Source of the DNA: a virus
Virus record (IMG/VR): IMGVR_UViG_3300045120_000462
DNA length: 64,000 nucleotides
Direction: 5' to 3' (one strand)
Translations under genes and position numbers: made by a program
The notes under the pieces: model-generated
What the model saw: only the letters and a program-made list of their open reading frames with translations
What the model was told of the DNA's origin: nothing
Databases searched by the model: none
Shown here: piece after piece, positions 1-7,313 of the stretch
Layout of the letters: each line of letters opens with the position of its first letter
Position numbering within the stretch: the first letter of the stretch is position 1

Positions 1-50
1 TCACCCAGGAGTGGGTGCTCACCGAGGCCGGCAAGGCGGTGACGCTGTGA
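1..50 (+). CDS. 3' end of upstream hypothetical gene (partial at window edge)
   Basis: Open in frame 3 from window edge to TGA 48-50 (..TQEWVLTEAGKAVTL*), G/C-rich third positions; stop overlaps next start (GTGA). Confidence 0.45.
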   Translation, partial: TQEWVLTEAGKAVTL

Positions 51-379
51 GCGATCGCACACACCGCGTCGAGACGTTGCACGAGGTCGTGCGCGGCGAG
101 GACGTGTACTACGGACGCTGCGCCACCTGCGGGTGGCGCGGCACGAACTGGAAGGGACGTGACCTCGCCCAGGCGAGCGCCAACGGCCACTTCGTCTTCC
201 CCGAGATGGTGGTGCCGAGCAAGCTGCGTATCACTCTCGAACCTCAACCCACAGGCGTGGCCTGGAAGGTGTGGCGGGGGATCACCGAGCAGTACGAGCT
301 GCTGGGCGAGGGCGAGGCGTTCACCTGGGCCGCGGCCACGCACCAGGCGGGCACGCTGATTACGGAGTTGATGTCGTGA
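47..379 (+). CDS. hypothetical protein
   Basis: Frame of ORF 11..379; GTG 47 overlaps upstream TGA (GTGA coupling); CATCGW CxxC motif; high GC3. Confidence 0.6.
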   Translation: MSDRTHRVETLHEVVRGEDVYYGRCATCGWRGTNWKGRDLAQASANGHFVFPEMVVPSKLRITLEPQPTGVAWKVWRGITEQYELLGEGEAFTWAAATHQAGTLITELMS

Positions 380-696
380 GCTACACCAACTACACCAACA
401 TCGACAGCCACTTCATGCGTGCGTACGAGCCGGGCGACCGGCTCGTACGTGGGTGGACGAGTGAGCTGCCGTTCGTCGTGACGCCCGAGCTGTTGATGGA
501 GACAGCCGAGGTGCTGTTCATGCTCCACAACCGCGACGATCGCCCCGACGGCCAGCTCTGCCCGAGCATGAGCGTCGGCGACGTCATCGTCATCGGTGAG
601 ACGGCAGTGTCCGTTGCCTCGTTCGGGTTCAAGCTCGTGCAGCTCGACGCCACCGACATCATCAACGACAGAACATGGAAGGAAGTCATCGCATGA
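376..696 (+). CDS. hypothetical protein
   Basis: Frame of ORF 271..696; GTG 376 overlaps TGA 377-379; product VSYTNYTNIDSHF... Confidence 0.6.
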   Translation: MSYTNYTNIDSHFMRAYEPGDRLVRGWTSELPFVVTPELLMETAEVLFMLHNRDDRPDGQLCPSMSVGDVIVIGETAVSVASFGFKLVQLDATDIINDRTWKEVIA

Positions 697-1142
697 TCAC
701 CGCACGCATGACCATCGGCACACGCATCCGCGAGGAGCACGGTGATGCCGTGTGGACCATCGCCGGCATCGATGCCAACCGACAGCTCGTGCTCCTCGAA
801 TGCCACGACGTCAACACGGCCAGTGCCGGCATCGTGCCGCCAGTGGCCCCTGTGGTGCCCGTAGAGACACGCAACGACGTTGAACCACTCTCAGTGCTCA
901 CAGGCGCTCAGGCGCACGCACAGGGCCGTGAGGGACGTCTAGAACAGGCGCTCAGGTCACAACGGCCTACAGTGCCCGAGCTGCGCCGGCTGGCACAGAT
1001 GGTCGCCGAGGACGATCAGGTCATCACCTGTGTCCGTTGTGGGCGCACGTGGACCGATGTCGATCTGTGTGATCCCGAGGCTGGCACTGGCCGCATCTTC
1101 TGCGACGAGTGCTGGCCGCATCGTGCCGAGGAGGACGCATGA
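693..1142 (+). CDS. hypothetical protein with C-terminal CxxC..CxxC zinc-ribbon-like motif
   Basis: ATG 693 overlaps stop 694-696 (ATGA); CVRCG...CDEC near C-terminus. Confidence 0.6.
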   Translation: MITARMTIGTRIREEHGDAVWTIAGIDANRQLVLLECHDVNTASAGIVPPVAPVVPVETRNDVEPLSVLTGAQAHAQGREGRLEQALRSQRPTVPELRRLAQMVAEDDQVITCVRCGRTWTDVDLCDPEAGTGRIFCDECWPHRAEEDA

Positions 1143-1462
1143 CCACACGCAACCCGAAGATCGACTGGATGATGTACGAGTGCATCCTCACTCGTGAGCC
1201 GTTCAGCTCGGACGAGGTGACGCAGTTCGGCAAGCTCGTGGCTGTCGACGGCAACACGACGGGCAACTCGACACAGAACACGATCGGCCCGCTGTTCAGC
1301 ACCATGGTGCGCCGCGGCTGCATCGATGATCTCCATCGCACGGTCAAGTCGAAGAACCCACGGCGCAAGTCGAGCAAGGTCGCCGTGTACATCGGCACCG
1401 AGGCCGGCGCCACAGCGGCTGTCGAGTACTTCCGCACGCACGAGAACCCGTGGGCGACGTGA
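1139..1462 (+). CDS. hypothetical protein
   Basis: ATG 1139 overlaps stop 1140-1142 (ATGA); frame of ORF 1109..1462; high GC3. Confidence 0.6.
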   Translation: MTTRNPKIDWMMYECILTREPFSSDEVTQFGKLVAVDGNTTGNSTQNTIGPLFSTMVRRGCIDDLHRTVKSKNPRRKSSKVAVYIGTEAGATAAVEYFRTHENPWAT

Positions 1463-2157
1463 GTGACGACGTGGCGCCCGAGCGCCACGAGCTGCCCCAT
1501 GGTGACCCCGAGTTCGTCGTCGAGACAGCTCGGGGCATCGTCACGAACGAGCTGATGATCGTCGACATCGAACGCCACGAGTGGCAGATCTCGTTGGCAC
1601 TGATGATGAACAAGCTCGCCGAGATCTCGAACCTTGGTCTCATCCTCGTGCCACGTGGCCCACACATCGGTCTGCACTGGATCAACAACACAGCGCCCGG
1701 CTGCACGCTCTCGTGTCAGCTCGTGGCGTCACAGGACATCGAGGCACTGACCAACGAGTGCGCTCGCATGTACGCAGCTCTGCATCCCCTACTACCACCG
1801 GAGGCCAACATGACCACACCCACCAACATCACGTTCAACGGCATCAAGCTCGACCCAGGCATCATCGTCGATGGTGACATCCACGGCCAGTACGCCGAGG
1901 ACCACCTCGCCGAGTTCGCCGCCGCCTACAACATCGAGCTGCACGACGACATCGACCCTCGCGTCTGGCGCGCCCGTGCATCCGAGTCCGAGGAGAACGA
2001 CGACGGCATGGCCGGCAACCATCGCGAGTCGATGGACGAGGCGACCACCAAGCTCATCGAGACGATGAACGAGCACACCGAGGGTGGCTCGTTCGAGTGG
2101 GAGGACGGCAGCGTCTTCCTCACTGTGGATGGTGATGACGATGCCGGCGAAGACTGA
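1459..2157 (+). CDS. hypothetical protein, acidic C-terminus
   Basis: GTG 1459 overlaps stop 1460-1462 (GTGA); frame of ORF 1450..2157. Confidence 0.6.
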   Translation: MSDDVAPERHELPHGDPEFVVETARGIVTNELMIVDIERHEWQISLALMMNKLAEISNLGLILVPRGPHIGLHWINNTAPGCTLSCQLVASQDIEALTNECARMYAALHPLLPPEANMTTPTNITFNGIKLDPGIIVDGDIHGQYAEDHLAEFAAAYNIELHDDIDPRVWRARASESEENDDGMAGNHRESMDEATTKLIETMNEHTEGGSFEWEDGSVFLTVDGDDDAGED

Positions 2158-2347
2158 CCACCACACACGTGGCCCAGGCCCGTGGTGCGGCACGGCCGGC
2201 GGCTACAGCAACCACGGTTGCCGCTGCGATGCGTGCAAGCTCGCATGGCGTGATGCACGTCGTGACTACATGGCACGCAACCCCGAGCAACGACAGGCGC
2301 ACCGCGCCCGCAACGCACGCACACAACCACAGGAGGCAACAGCATGA
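2129..2347 (+). CDS. small Cys/His-motif protein (GYxxHGCRCxxC, putative zinc/DNA-binding motif)
   Basis: Frame of ORF 2084..2347; in-frame ATGs at 2129/2135/2141 so the start is ambiguous; motif WCGTAGGYSNHGCRCDACKLAW. Confidence 0.5.
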   Translation: MVMTMPAKTDHHTRGPGPWCGTAGGYSNHGCRCDACKLAWRDARRDYMARNPEQRQAHRARNARTQPQEATA

Positions 2348-2697
2348 TCATCAGCACCGTGACCTACTACGTCATCGAGCGCGACGAGGAGGACCGATTC
2401 AACCGTCGCTTCGATCGACTGGTCAACAAGGCGTTCTCGTGGTGGCCCGAGGCGTGGTCGATGCACCTCGAAGAGTGGGACCGCGGACGCTCGGCGATAC
2501 GCACACTGGCACAGGGCGACGCCATCAGCCCCGAGCGCATGGCCTATGCGATCGCCTTCATACGTGACTGCATCGCCTTCTACGAGAACGAGCCGTGGGG
2601 AGGTGTCGAGCCGTACGAGGGGCGCAATAAGCTCGCCGCCGATGACTTCCGCAACGTGCTTGACGAGATCGATGTGACGGTGACCAGTGACCAGTGA
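2344..2697 (+). CDS. hypothetical protein
   Basis: ORF 2344..2697; ATG overlaps upstream stop (ATGA). Confidence 0.65.
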   Translation: MIISTVTYYVIERDEEDRFNRRFDRLVNKAFSWWPEAWSMHLEEWDRGRSAIRTLAQGDAISPERMAYAIAFIRDCIAFYENEPWGGVEPYEGRNKLAADDFRNVLDEIDVTVTSDQ

Positions 2698-2917
2698 GCA
2701 CACGCCCACAGCCAACGCCGCTGACACGTTCGGTGTGTGCATGTTCCGTTGGCATGCACCCCGCGTCGAGGATCTCGCCGATGGTGCTGTCACCGATCCC
2801 GAGATCATCACCACCGACGTCGAGCACGTGTGTGCGCGCCCGGCGTTGTTGCCGGCGCCAACCAATCACGAGGGTGGCCACATCTGCACGTGTGGCGCCG
2901 GCATGGAGTTGTCATGA
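2687..2917 (+). CDS. hypothetical protein
   Basis: ORF 2687..2917, GTG start, 11-nt overlap with upstream gene; the competing frame 2694..3035 is Arg/Pro-rich shadow. Confidence 0.5.
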   Translation: MTSEHTPTANAADTFGVCMFRWHAPRVEDLADGAVTDPEIITTDVEHVCARPALLPAPTNHEGGHICTCGAGMELS

Positions 2918-3081
2918 TCCCAGGCGTCGCCGCACTGATGCTCGCACGAGGCTGTCCCGAGGAGCGCCTCGACGAGTGCTTCCAGCTCATGGGAGAGTGG
3001 CCCACAGCCACCACGTGCGGCCAGGCCGTGCGTGACGTCGACCTGGCCATCTCACTGCTGCCACCTGATGCCGGCGACTGA
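2914..3081 (+). CDS. hypothetical small protein (55 aa)
   Basis: ATG 2914 overlaps stop 2915-2917 (ATGA); frame of ORF 2737..3081; product MIPGVAALMLARGCPEERLDE... Confidence 0.5.
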   Translation: MIPGVAALMLARGCPEERLDECFQLMGEWPTATTCGQAVRDVDLAISLLPPDAGD

Positions 3082-3083
3082 GC

Positions 3084-3356
3084 ATGAGTGACTACGTCAT
3101 CCCCGACCACTGCACGTTCTGCGACGAGCCGCCGACGTGTGGGTTCAACGACATCGTGGTCTGCGACGACCACGTACAAGAGGGCATCGCCGAGGCAGTG
3201 AAGGTCATCACAACGGCACGTGACATCAGGGATCCGCAACGACAGGCGGCGATCAAGGACGCACTGACACACGTCTTCGAGGAGCACGCCGACGAGATGA
3301 ACACGCCGGGTGACTCGATCGAGGTCAACACCGACTACGACCCGAGCGCTAACTGA
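3084..3356 (+). CDS. hypothetical protein (N-terminal Cys cluster)
   Basis: ORF 3084..3356; CTFCDEPPTCG...CDDH. Confidence 0.6.
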   Translation: MSDYVIPDHCTFCDEPPTCGFNDIVVCDDHVQEGIAEAVKVITTARDIRDPQRQAAIKDALTHVFEEHADEMNTPGDSIEVNTDYDPSAN

Positions 3357-3616
3357 TGGACTGCCCACTGTGCACCGAGCCGGTCGCCACTGATGACACG
3401 GTCACGCTGTACACCGAGGACGGCCCGCGCCAGGCGCATCGTGAGTGCATGCTGCGCGACGTGCTCGGGGGCATCGGCCACCTGATCGCTCACGAGTACT
3501 GGTGCACACAGCGTCACGATCCTGACGCCGGCCTCACACGCAGACAGTCGTCACTGCTCGTGCACGCCTACACGCTGTTCGTCGGCATCGACCAAGCAGC
3601 GGCCATCCAACCATGA
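3356..3616 (+). CDS. hypothetical protein (CPLC...HREC zinc-finger-like)
   Basis: ORF 3356..3616; start overlaps upstream stop by 1 nt. Confidence 0.6.
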   Translation: MDCPLCTEPVATDDTVTLYTEDGPRQAHRECMLRDVLGGIGHLIAHEYWCTQRHDPDAGLTRRQSSLLVHAYTLFVGIDQAAAIQP

Positions 3617-3858
3617 CACGTGACGAGCAGCTCACCTGGATGCTGTTCTTCGCACGACGTGGCTACGACGAGATCCGCACGTGCCAGCTCATGCGCCTAC
3701 TCGAAGAGGAGTCACAGCTCGTGCACCCCGACTCGGTACTGCACGCCGGCCCACCACAAAGGAGCTACGCACCATGGAAGAGCACCGCAGCTTCGACTCA
3801 GCCGTCGAGCACTACGAGCGATGGAACAGCGGCCCGTACAGCCACGCCGAGCACGTAG
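3613..3858 (+). CDS. hypothetical protein; the 3' third overlaps the next gene
   Basis: ORF 3613..3858, ATGA coupling to upstream gene; the last ~28 codons are S/T/A/P-rich (off-frame look) and overlap 3774..4181. Confidence 0.45.
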   Translation: MTRDEQLTWMLFFARRGYDEIRTCQLMRLLEEESQLVHPDSVLHAGPPQRSYAPWKSTAASTQPSSTTSDGTAARTATPST

Positions 3859-4181
3859 CTCACGTACGTGACGTGTCACTGAAGGGACAGCGCCTACTGC
3901 ATGCGCTCGGAGCGGAGCCTGCGCACTACAAGCTGCCGCCGCCAGCGGACAACGCCCAGCTCGACGCACTACGTGAGGCGTCACTGTGGGCACTGCAGTA
4001 CTTCGCCCACTACGACGAGGCCAACGCCGCCATCCACTGTGCACCAGTGAGGTACTCACCGATCACGTTCCGCCTGGCGCGAGCACTCAACGAGGTGTGG
4101 CCCGAGGGCGAGGAGCCGACGCCCAAGCTGTTCGACGTGCTCAACCACGACGGCGCCTACCCCGAAGACACTGGTCGGTGA
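3774..4181 (+). CDS. hypothetical protein
   Basis: ATG 3774 preceded by AAAGGAG (3758-3764); frame of ORF 3681..4181. Confidence 0.65.
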   Translation: MEEHRSFDSAVEHYERWNSGPYSHAEHVAHVRDVSLKGQRLLHALGAEPAHYKLPPPADNAQLDALREASLWALQYFAHYDEANAAIHCAPVRYSPITFRLARALNEVWPEGEEPTPKLFDVLNHDGAYPEDTGR

Positions 4182-4282
4182 GCTGGCGTGCACTGCACCT
4201 CGTAGCTGCAGGCTTGCTACTGCTCGTGCTCATCATCGTGGTGAGCATCCTCTACGACATCGTGCGTAGCTGGTTCGACTGA
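4178..4282 (+). CDS. small single-pass membrane peptide (34 aa)
   Basis: GTG 4178 overlaps stop 4179-4181 (GTGA); hydrophobic core LVAAGLLLLVLIIVVSILY; high GC3. Confidence 0.45.
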   Translation: MSWRALHLVAAGLLLLVLIIVVSILYDIVRSWFD

Positions 4283-4483
4283 GCGCTCGACGTCGAACGT
4301 CACTACGCACGCACCCAGCCTCTGAGCTTCGGACAGCCGGCGCCCACTACCCAATGCGGTGGTCAGCCCGCGCCCACGTAACCAACGCACCATCACCGAC
4401 CCCGCCTCCGATGCAGTGCAGTAGTCACCCAGCTCGTACTCGACGCCGCCAACGTGCACGCTGATGTAGTAACGCTCCTCCAT
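4217..4483 (-). CDS. possible hypothetical protein (weak call)
   Basis: Internal ATG 4483 of ORF 4217..4603(-); fairly high GC3 but no SD, and antisense overlap with 4178..4282. Confidence 0.3.
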   Translation of the reverse strand: MEERYYISVHVGGVEYELGDYCTASEAGSVMVRWLRGRGLTTALGSGRRLSEAQRLGACVVTFDVERSVEPATHDVVEDAHHDDEHEQ

Positions 4484-4878
4484 GTAGAGGAGGGTGATGG
4501 TGGTGGTAGGTAGTGCTCTCACACTCAGTACAAGGAACGCTGCGCACGTAAGTGTCAACGCAACACCGTGAACTGCGTGAACCCCGTGACGCCTAGGGCG
4601 CACAGGCGGCGCCCACTAACAGCTCCACCGTCTACGTGTACCACCACCACGTGTGTGTGCCGTAGCTCGTGCACGTACTGCGTGCTCGCGTAGTTAGTAG
4701 CTCACGCATGCATGAGTACAGCAGCACGTAGTAACTACGCGCAGCTCGACGCGGTAGCAAGCAGCTCACCAAGCTCCTTGCCGTGTACAGCAGCCGACCG
4801 GAGCGCTCCAACCGGCTCCGCCGCTTGGCCGCTCATACCGCCACACAGCTCCGCTTACGCTCGCTGCGAGTGCAACAG

Positions 4879-4913
4879 CTACTAACTGAGCGGCTGCGCC
4901 GCTGAGTTAGTAG
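4879..4913. other. stem-loop, 16-bp arms with one G.G mismatch, 3-nt loop
   Basis: CTACTAACTGAGCGGC tgc GCCGCTGAGTTAGTAG. Confidence 0.8.
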
Positions 4914-4924
4914 TAGCTCGGCGC

Positions 4925-4949
4925 TAGTTAGTAGCTCCGCTACTAACTA
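4925..4949. other. perfect 10-bp stem-loop
   Basis: TAGTTAGTAG ctccg CTACTAACTA. Confidence 0.85.
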
Positions 4950-4970
4950 ACGACGTACAACGACGTTGAA

Positions 4971-5008
4971 CAATAGAGACTAACGAGCTGCGCTCGTTAG
5001 CTCTATTG
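4971..5008. other. stem-loop, 17 bp with one bulged A
   Basis: CAATAGAGaCTAACGAGC tgc GCTCGTTAGCTCTATTG. Confidence 0.8.
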
Positions 5009-5028
5009 GAGTTACTGCGGCTCGCCGC

Positions 5029-5159
5029 AGCATAGGCTGTAGATGTGCAACGTCGTTGCACATCTGCTGGCGTGCACAGGCTCTGCAGAGGCTAGTACGC
5101 AGTACTAGGCTCCGCAGAGGTAGGGGTGCGGGGAGCATAGGCTCCGCAGGAGCATAGGC
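5029..5159. repeat. second short-repeat family: AGCATAGGC x3 and (T/C)AGGCTC(C/T)GCAG(A)GG x3
   Basis: AGCATAGGC at 5029, 5134, 5151; AGGCTCTGCAGAGG 5078-5091; TAGGCTCCGCAG at 5106 and 5138. Confidence 0.7.
5041..5065. other. perfect 12-bp-arm palindrome
   Basis: AGATGTGCAACG t CGTTGCACATCT. Confidence 0.85.
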
Positions 5160-5273
5160 CCCCCCACCCTTAAGCCGCCTGCGACGCAGGAGTCGGCGGC
5201 TGCACCCATGCGCTTCTCACAGCCACAACCCCATTACGCCATACCCCCAAGTACTGCAGTACCGTGCGTAGCG

Positions 5274-5336
5274 GCGACCCGGCCGCACCGAGGGTCAGAT
5301 CTCATCCATCTAGTCCGGTAAGTCGAGCCGGGTCGC
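5274..5336. other. long-range 10-bp inverted repeat enclosing 43 nt
   Basis: GCGACCCGGC (5274-5283) / GCCGGGTCGC (5327-5336). Confidence 0.7.
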
Positions 5337-5346
5337 TCACACAGAG

Positions 5347-5378
5347 TTGTGGAATCTCACATAGCTGTGTGGTACGTT
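5347..5378 (+). promoter_or_regulatory. candidate promoter for a leaderless transcript
   Basis: GAGTTGTGG (-35-like TTGTGG 5347-5352), TACGTT 5373-5378, then 7 nt to ATG 5386; no SD; the 20-nt spacer is long. Confidence 0.4.
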
Positions 5379-5385
5379 GTTGAAC

Positions 5386-5688
5386 ATGTACACGAACCAT
5401 GACACGCTCAACGTCCCCTGTCCGCAGTGCGAGGCCGAGGTCGGCAAGTGGTGCGTGCCGGCGCACAAGCGCTACAAGTACGACCCCCGTTACTACGTGC
5501 ACGGCAAGCGCCAGGTGGCGTTCGAGATCTACCTGACGGGCGTCAAGCAGGGCGCCGACAAGGTGGTGCGGCTGACGTTCTCCGACCCGAGCTACGGGAC
5601 CGATCCGACTCTTGTGAAGGACGTGCAGGCGGACATCAAGGCGGTGCTGCTCATCCTGCGCAAGTACGGGTCGGCGTCGGCGGCGTGA
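5386..5688 (+). CDS. zinc-finger protein (CPxCxAxxGxxC...H..R motif)
   Basis: Frame of ORF 5377..5688; ATG 5386; VPCPQCEAEVGKWCVPAHKRY..YYVHGKR. Confidence 0.65.
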   Translation: MYTNHDTLNVPCPQCEAEVGKWCVPAHKRYKYDPRYYVHGKRQVAFEIYLTGVKQGADKVVRLTFSDPSYGTDPTLVKDVQADIKAVLLILRKYGSASAA

Positions 5689-5704
5689 GAGCTACCGTGG
5701 GAGC

Positions 5705-5808
5705 GGAGCAGTTCCTTCGTCGGTCTGCTCCTGGGAGGGGATGGCTGGGCGCCCGGCCCCCCTCCCTCGAATCGATCCGGTAGCACTATGGGATCATTCG
5801 ATGATCCC
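5705..5808. terminator. cluster of three stem-loops between convergent genes (bidirectional terminator candidate)
   Basis: GGAGCAG/CTGCTCC 5705-5731; GGGAGGGG/CCCCTCCC 5733-5766; GGGATCA ttcga TGATCCC 5790-5808. Confidence 0.6.
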
Positions 5809-5812
5809 CTAA

Positions 5813-6013
5813 CTACTCCTCCCACCACCTGACCATCCACTTGCCGCCGATCAGCTCGGGGAAGAAGGTACGTGAGTGGAAGGTGAGCTTGGCGCCGACC
5901 GGGAGCGGCCCGTAGCAGTCCTCGTCGAGGAAGTTCAGCTCGAAGGCTGCTTTGCCGGCGACCTCGAACTCCACCCCGTCGAGTGGGCCACCTAACCACG
6001 TAACGAGCAACAC
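5813..6013 (-). CDS. hypothetical protein
   Basis: ORF 5813..6013(-); last gene of the leftward operon. Confidence 0.65.
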   Translation of the reverse strand: MLLVTWLGGPLDGVEFEVAGKAAFELNFLDEDCYGPLPVGAKLTFHSRTFFPELIGGKWMVRWWEE

Positions 6014-6022
6014 AGCGCCAAC

Positions 6023-6481
6023 CTAATCGTCGTAGCCCATCAGCTCTCGGTAGTTGAAGTTCTTGCCGAGCGCTTGGTAGATGTGCCACAGGGGGCCGGT
6101 GAGGTAGTGGCACTCGCCGTTGTAGACCATTGCGTACTTGGGGATGAACAGGCGCCCGAGGACGAACAGCCGGCCTTCACGGGTGAGGCGCCACATGCCG
6201 GTGCGTGAGGAACCGTCGTCGCGCACACCGGGCTGCTTCTCGATCAGTCCCCACAGGTGGGGCTTGACGTTGTCGCCGCCGCCCCTCTGCTGCCCGACGA
6301 TGCTGTTGTAGATCTTCGGGACGTCCATGTAACCGAAGGGATCCTTGCGGTACATCTGGATCAGCATGCGCGCTGGCACGTCGTAGATCGAGCGATCGTA
6401 GAGATGCACGAGCTGGTGGCAGCGTGGGCAGAACGTGTCCTGCGGTAGCTGGGTCGTGGGGACGATCCCGGTGAACTTCAC
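6023..6481 (-). CDS. hypothetical protein (N-terminal CPRC; possible winged-helix region)
   Basis: ORF 6023..6481(-); high GC3. Confidence 0.65.
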   Translation of the reverse strand: MKFTGIVPTTQLPQDTFCPRCHQLVHLYDRSIYDVPARMLIQMYRKDPFGYMDVPKIYNSIVGQQRGGGDNVKPHLWGLIEKQPGVRDDGSSRTGMWRLTREGRLFVLGRLFIPKYAMVYNGECHYLTGPLWHIYQALGKNFNYRELMGYDD

Positions 6482-6876
6482 GTACTGAGCTGCGTTGGGT
6501 GCTTCGTCGCTACGTGGCGGGCGACATCGACGAAGGAACGGTGGCAGTGCTGACAGACACCTCGATCCGCACGCTTGCGTGCCTTCGTCAGTTGGCCCTT
6601 GGTGGCGATGTGCGATGCACGCTCGGCGCGCACGTCCTCTTCTCGTGATGCGAGCTGGCGCGCCAGGCGCTCGGCGCGCTCACGCTCCTCGTCCAGCTTG
6701 CTCTTGCCGGTGTACTCCCAGGTGTGACCGAGCGGGCAGTACGTGTCGGTCTGGCGCTCGTTGTTGTCACGCTGGCGGAGCATGTGAGTGGCGATCTTCT
6801 CGGGGATGGCGTACGTCATGCCACACCAGCAGGTGACCACGGTCAGCTTGGTGGTGATCGTCATCGTGTCGCTCAT
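6478..6876 (-). CDS. hypothetical protein with Cys/His motifs and a coiled-coil segment
   Basis: Internal ATG 6876 of ORF 6478..6960(-) overlaps upstream stop 6873-6875 (ATGA); MSDTMTITTKL... Confidence 0.6.
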   Translation of the reverse strand: MSDTMTITTKLTVVTCWCGMTYAIPEKIATHMLRQRDNNERQTDTYCPLGHTWEYTGKSKLDEERERAERLARQLASREEDVRAERASHIATKGQLTKARKRADRGVCQHCHRSFVDVARHVATKHPTQLST

Positions 6877-7229
6877 GAGGCGTCCTTTCGGATCGGTGTG
6901 ACGTTGTCGTTGGCGTTGATGAGCATGTCGGTGACGGTCTCCAAGTAGGCGGCGCGCCACCAGGCGCTGTTGTGCTTGCCGACGTCCTTGTAGCCGGGCG
7001 GCATGTCGTACTGCGGCGGGCCGAGGCGGTCGCCCGTTATACGAGACACCTTGTCGTAGCGGAGGCCACCGCAGAAGATGCAGCGGTACGTGATCAGGTC
7101 GCCGAAGAGCGGCTTACGTTGGCCTCCGCCGATCGGCTCCCAGGCATGACGAAGAGAACGGCAGCGTGCGTACGCCTCGCCGGCCTCGTTGCGCTGCTCT
7201 CGTGACAGGTTGGGGTGCTTGGGTGGCAT
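6873..7229 (-). CDS. hypothetical protein
   Basis: ORF 6873..7229(-). Confidence 0.65.
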   Translation of the reverse strand: MPPKHPNLSREQRNEAGEAYARCRSLRHAWEPIGGGQRKPLFGDLITYRCIFCGGLRYDKVSRITGDRLGPPQYDMPPGYKDVGKHNSAWWRAAYLETVTDMLINANDNVTPIRKDAS

Positions 7230-7237
7230 GGTGTTCC

Positions 7238-7303
7238 TTACTGGTAGTGGCCGGCGAGCAGAGTTACGTCGAAGATGATCGTGATCATGGCGAGCCAGAG
7301 CAT
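7238..7303 (-). CDS. possible 21-aa hydrophobic peptide
   Basis: MLWLAMITIIFDVTLLAGHYQ, in the gap between two operon genes; very short. Confidence 0.25.
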   Translation of the reverse strand: MLWLAMITIIFDVTLLAGHYQ

Positions 7304-7313
7304 CACGTGGTGC

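Larger units (their letters stand above)
4691..4949. repeat. iteron-like 11-13 bp motif TAGTTAGTAGCTC, 5 copies (3 direct, 2 inverted)
   Basis: Direct copies at 4691-4703, 4907-4919 (GTTAGTAGTAGCTC variant), 4925-4937; inverted copies AGCTACTAACT 4877-4887 and GCTACTAACTA 4939-4949. Confidence 0.75.
4283..5376. other. ~1.1 kb non-coding, lower-GC, hairpin- and repeat-dense region
   Basis: No convincing ORF; visibly more A/T than the flanks; at least 8 stem-loops and two short-repeat families (listed separately). Confidence 0.8.

Noticed and set aside
4217-4603. Full-length 128-aa minus-strand ORF from the track
   Set aside because: The N-terminal 40 codons look non-coding (Arg/His-rich, no SD). 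I kept only the shorter 4217-4483 version, at low confidence, because it also clashes with the plus-strand peptide gene 4178-4282.
5274-5340. tRNA-like or attP-like element (7-10 bp acceptor-like stem GCGACCC...GGGTCGC followed by TCAC)
   Set aside because: It is only ~63 nt stem to stem. No D-arm or anticodon-arm pairing can be drawn. The would-be T-loop (AAGTCGA) lacks the TTCRA consensus, and there is no CCA or discriminator context. I treat it as a plain long-range inverted repeat.
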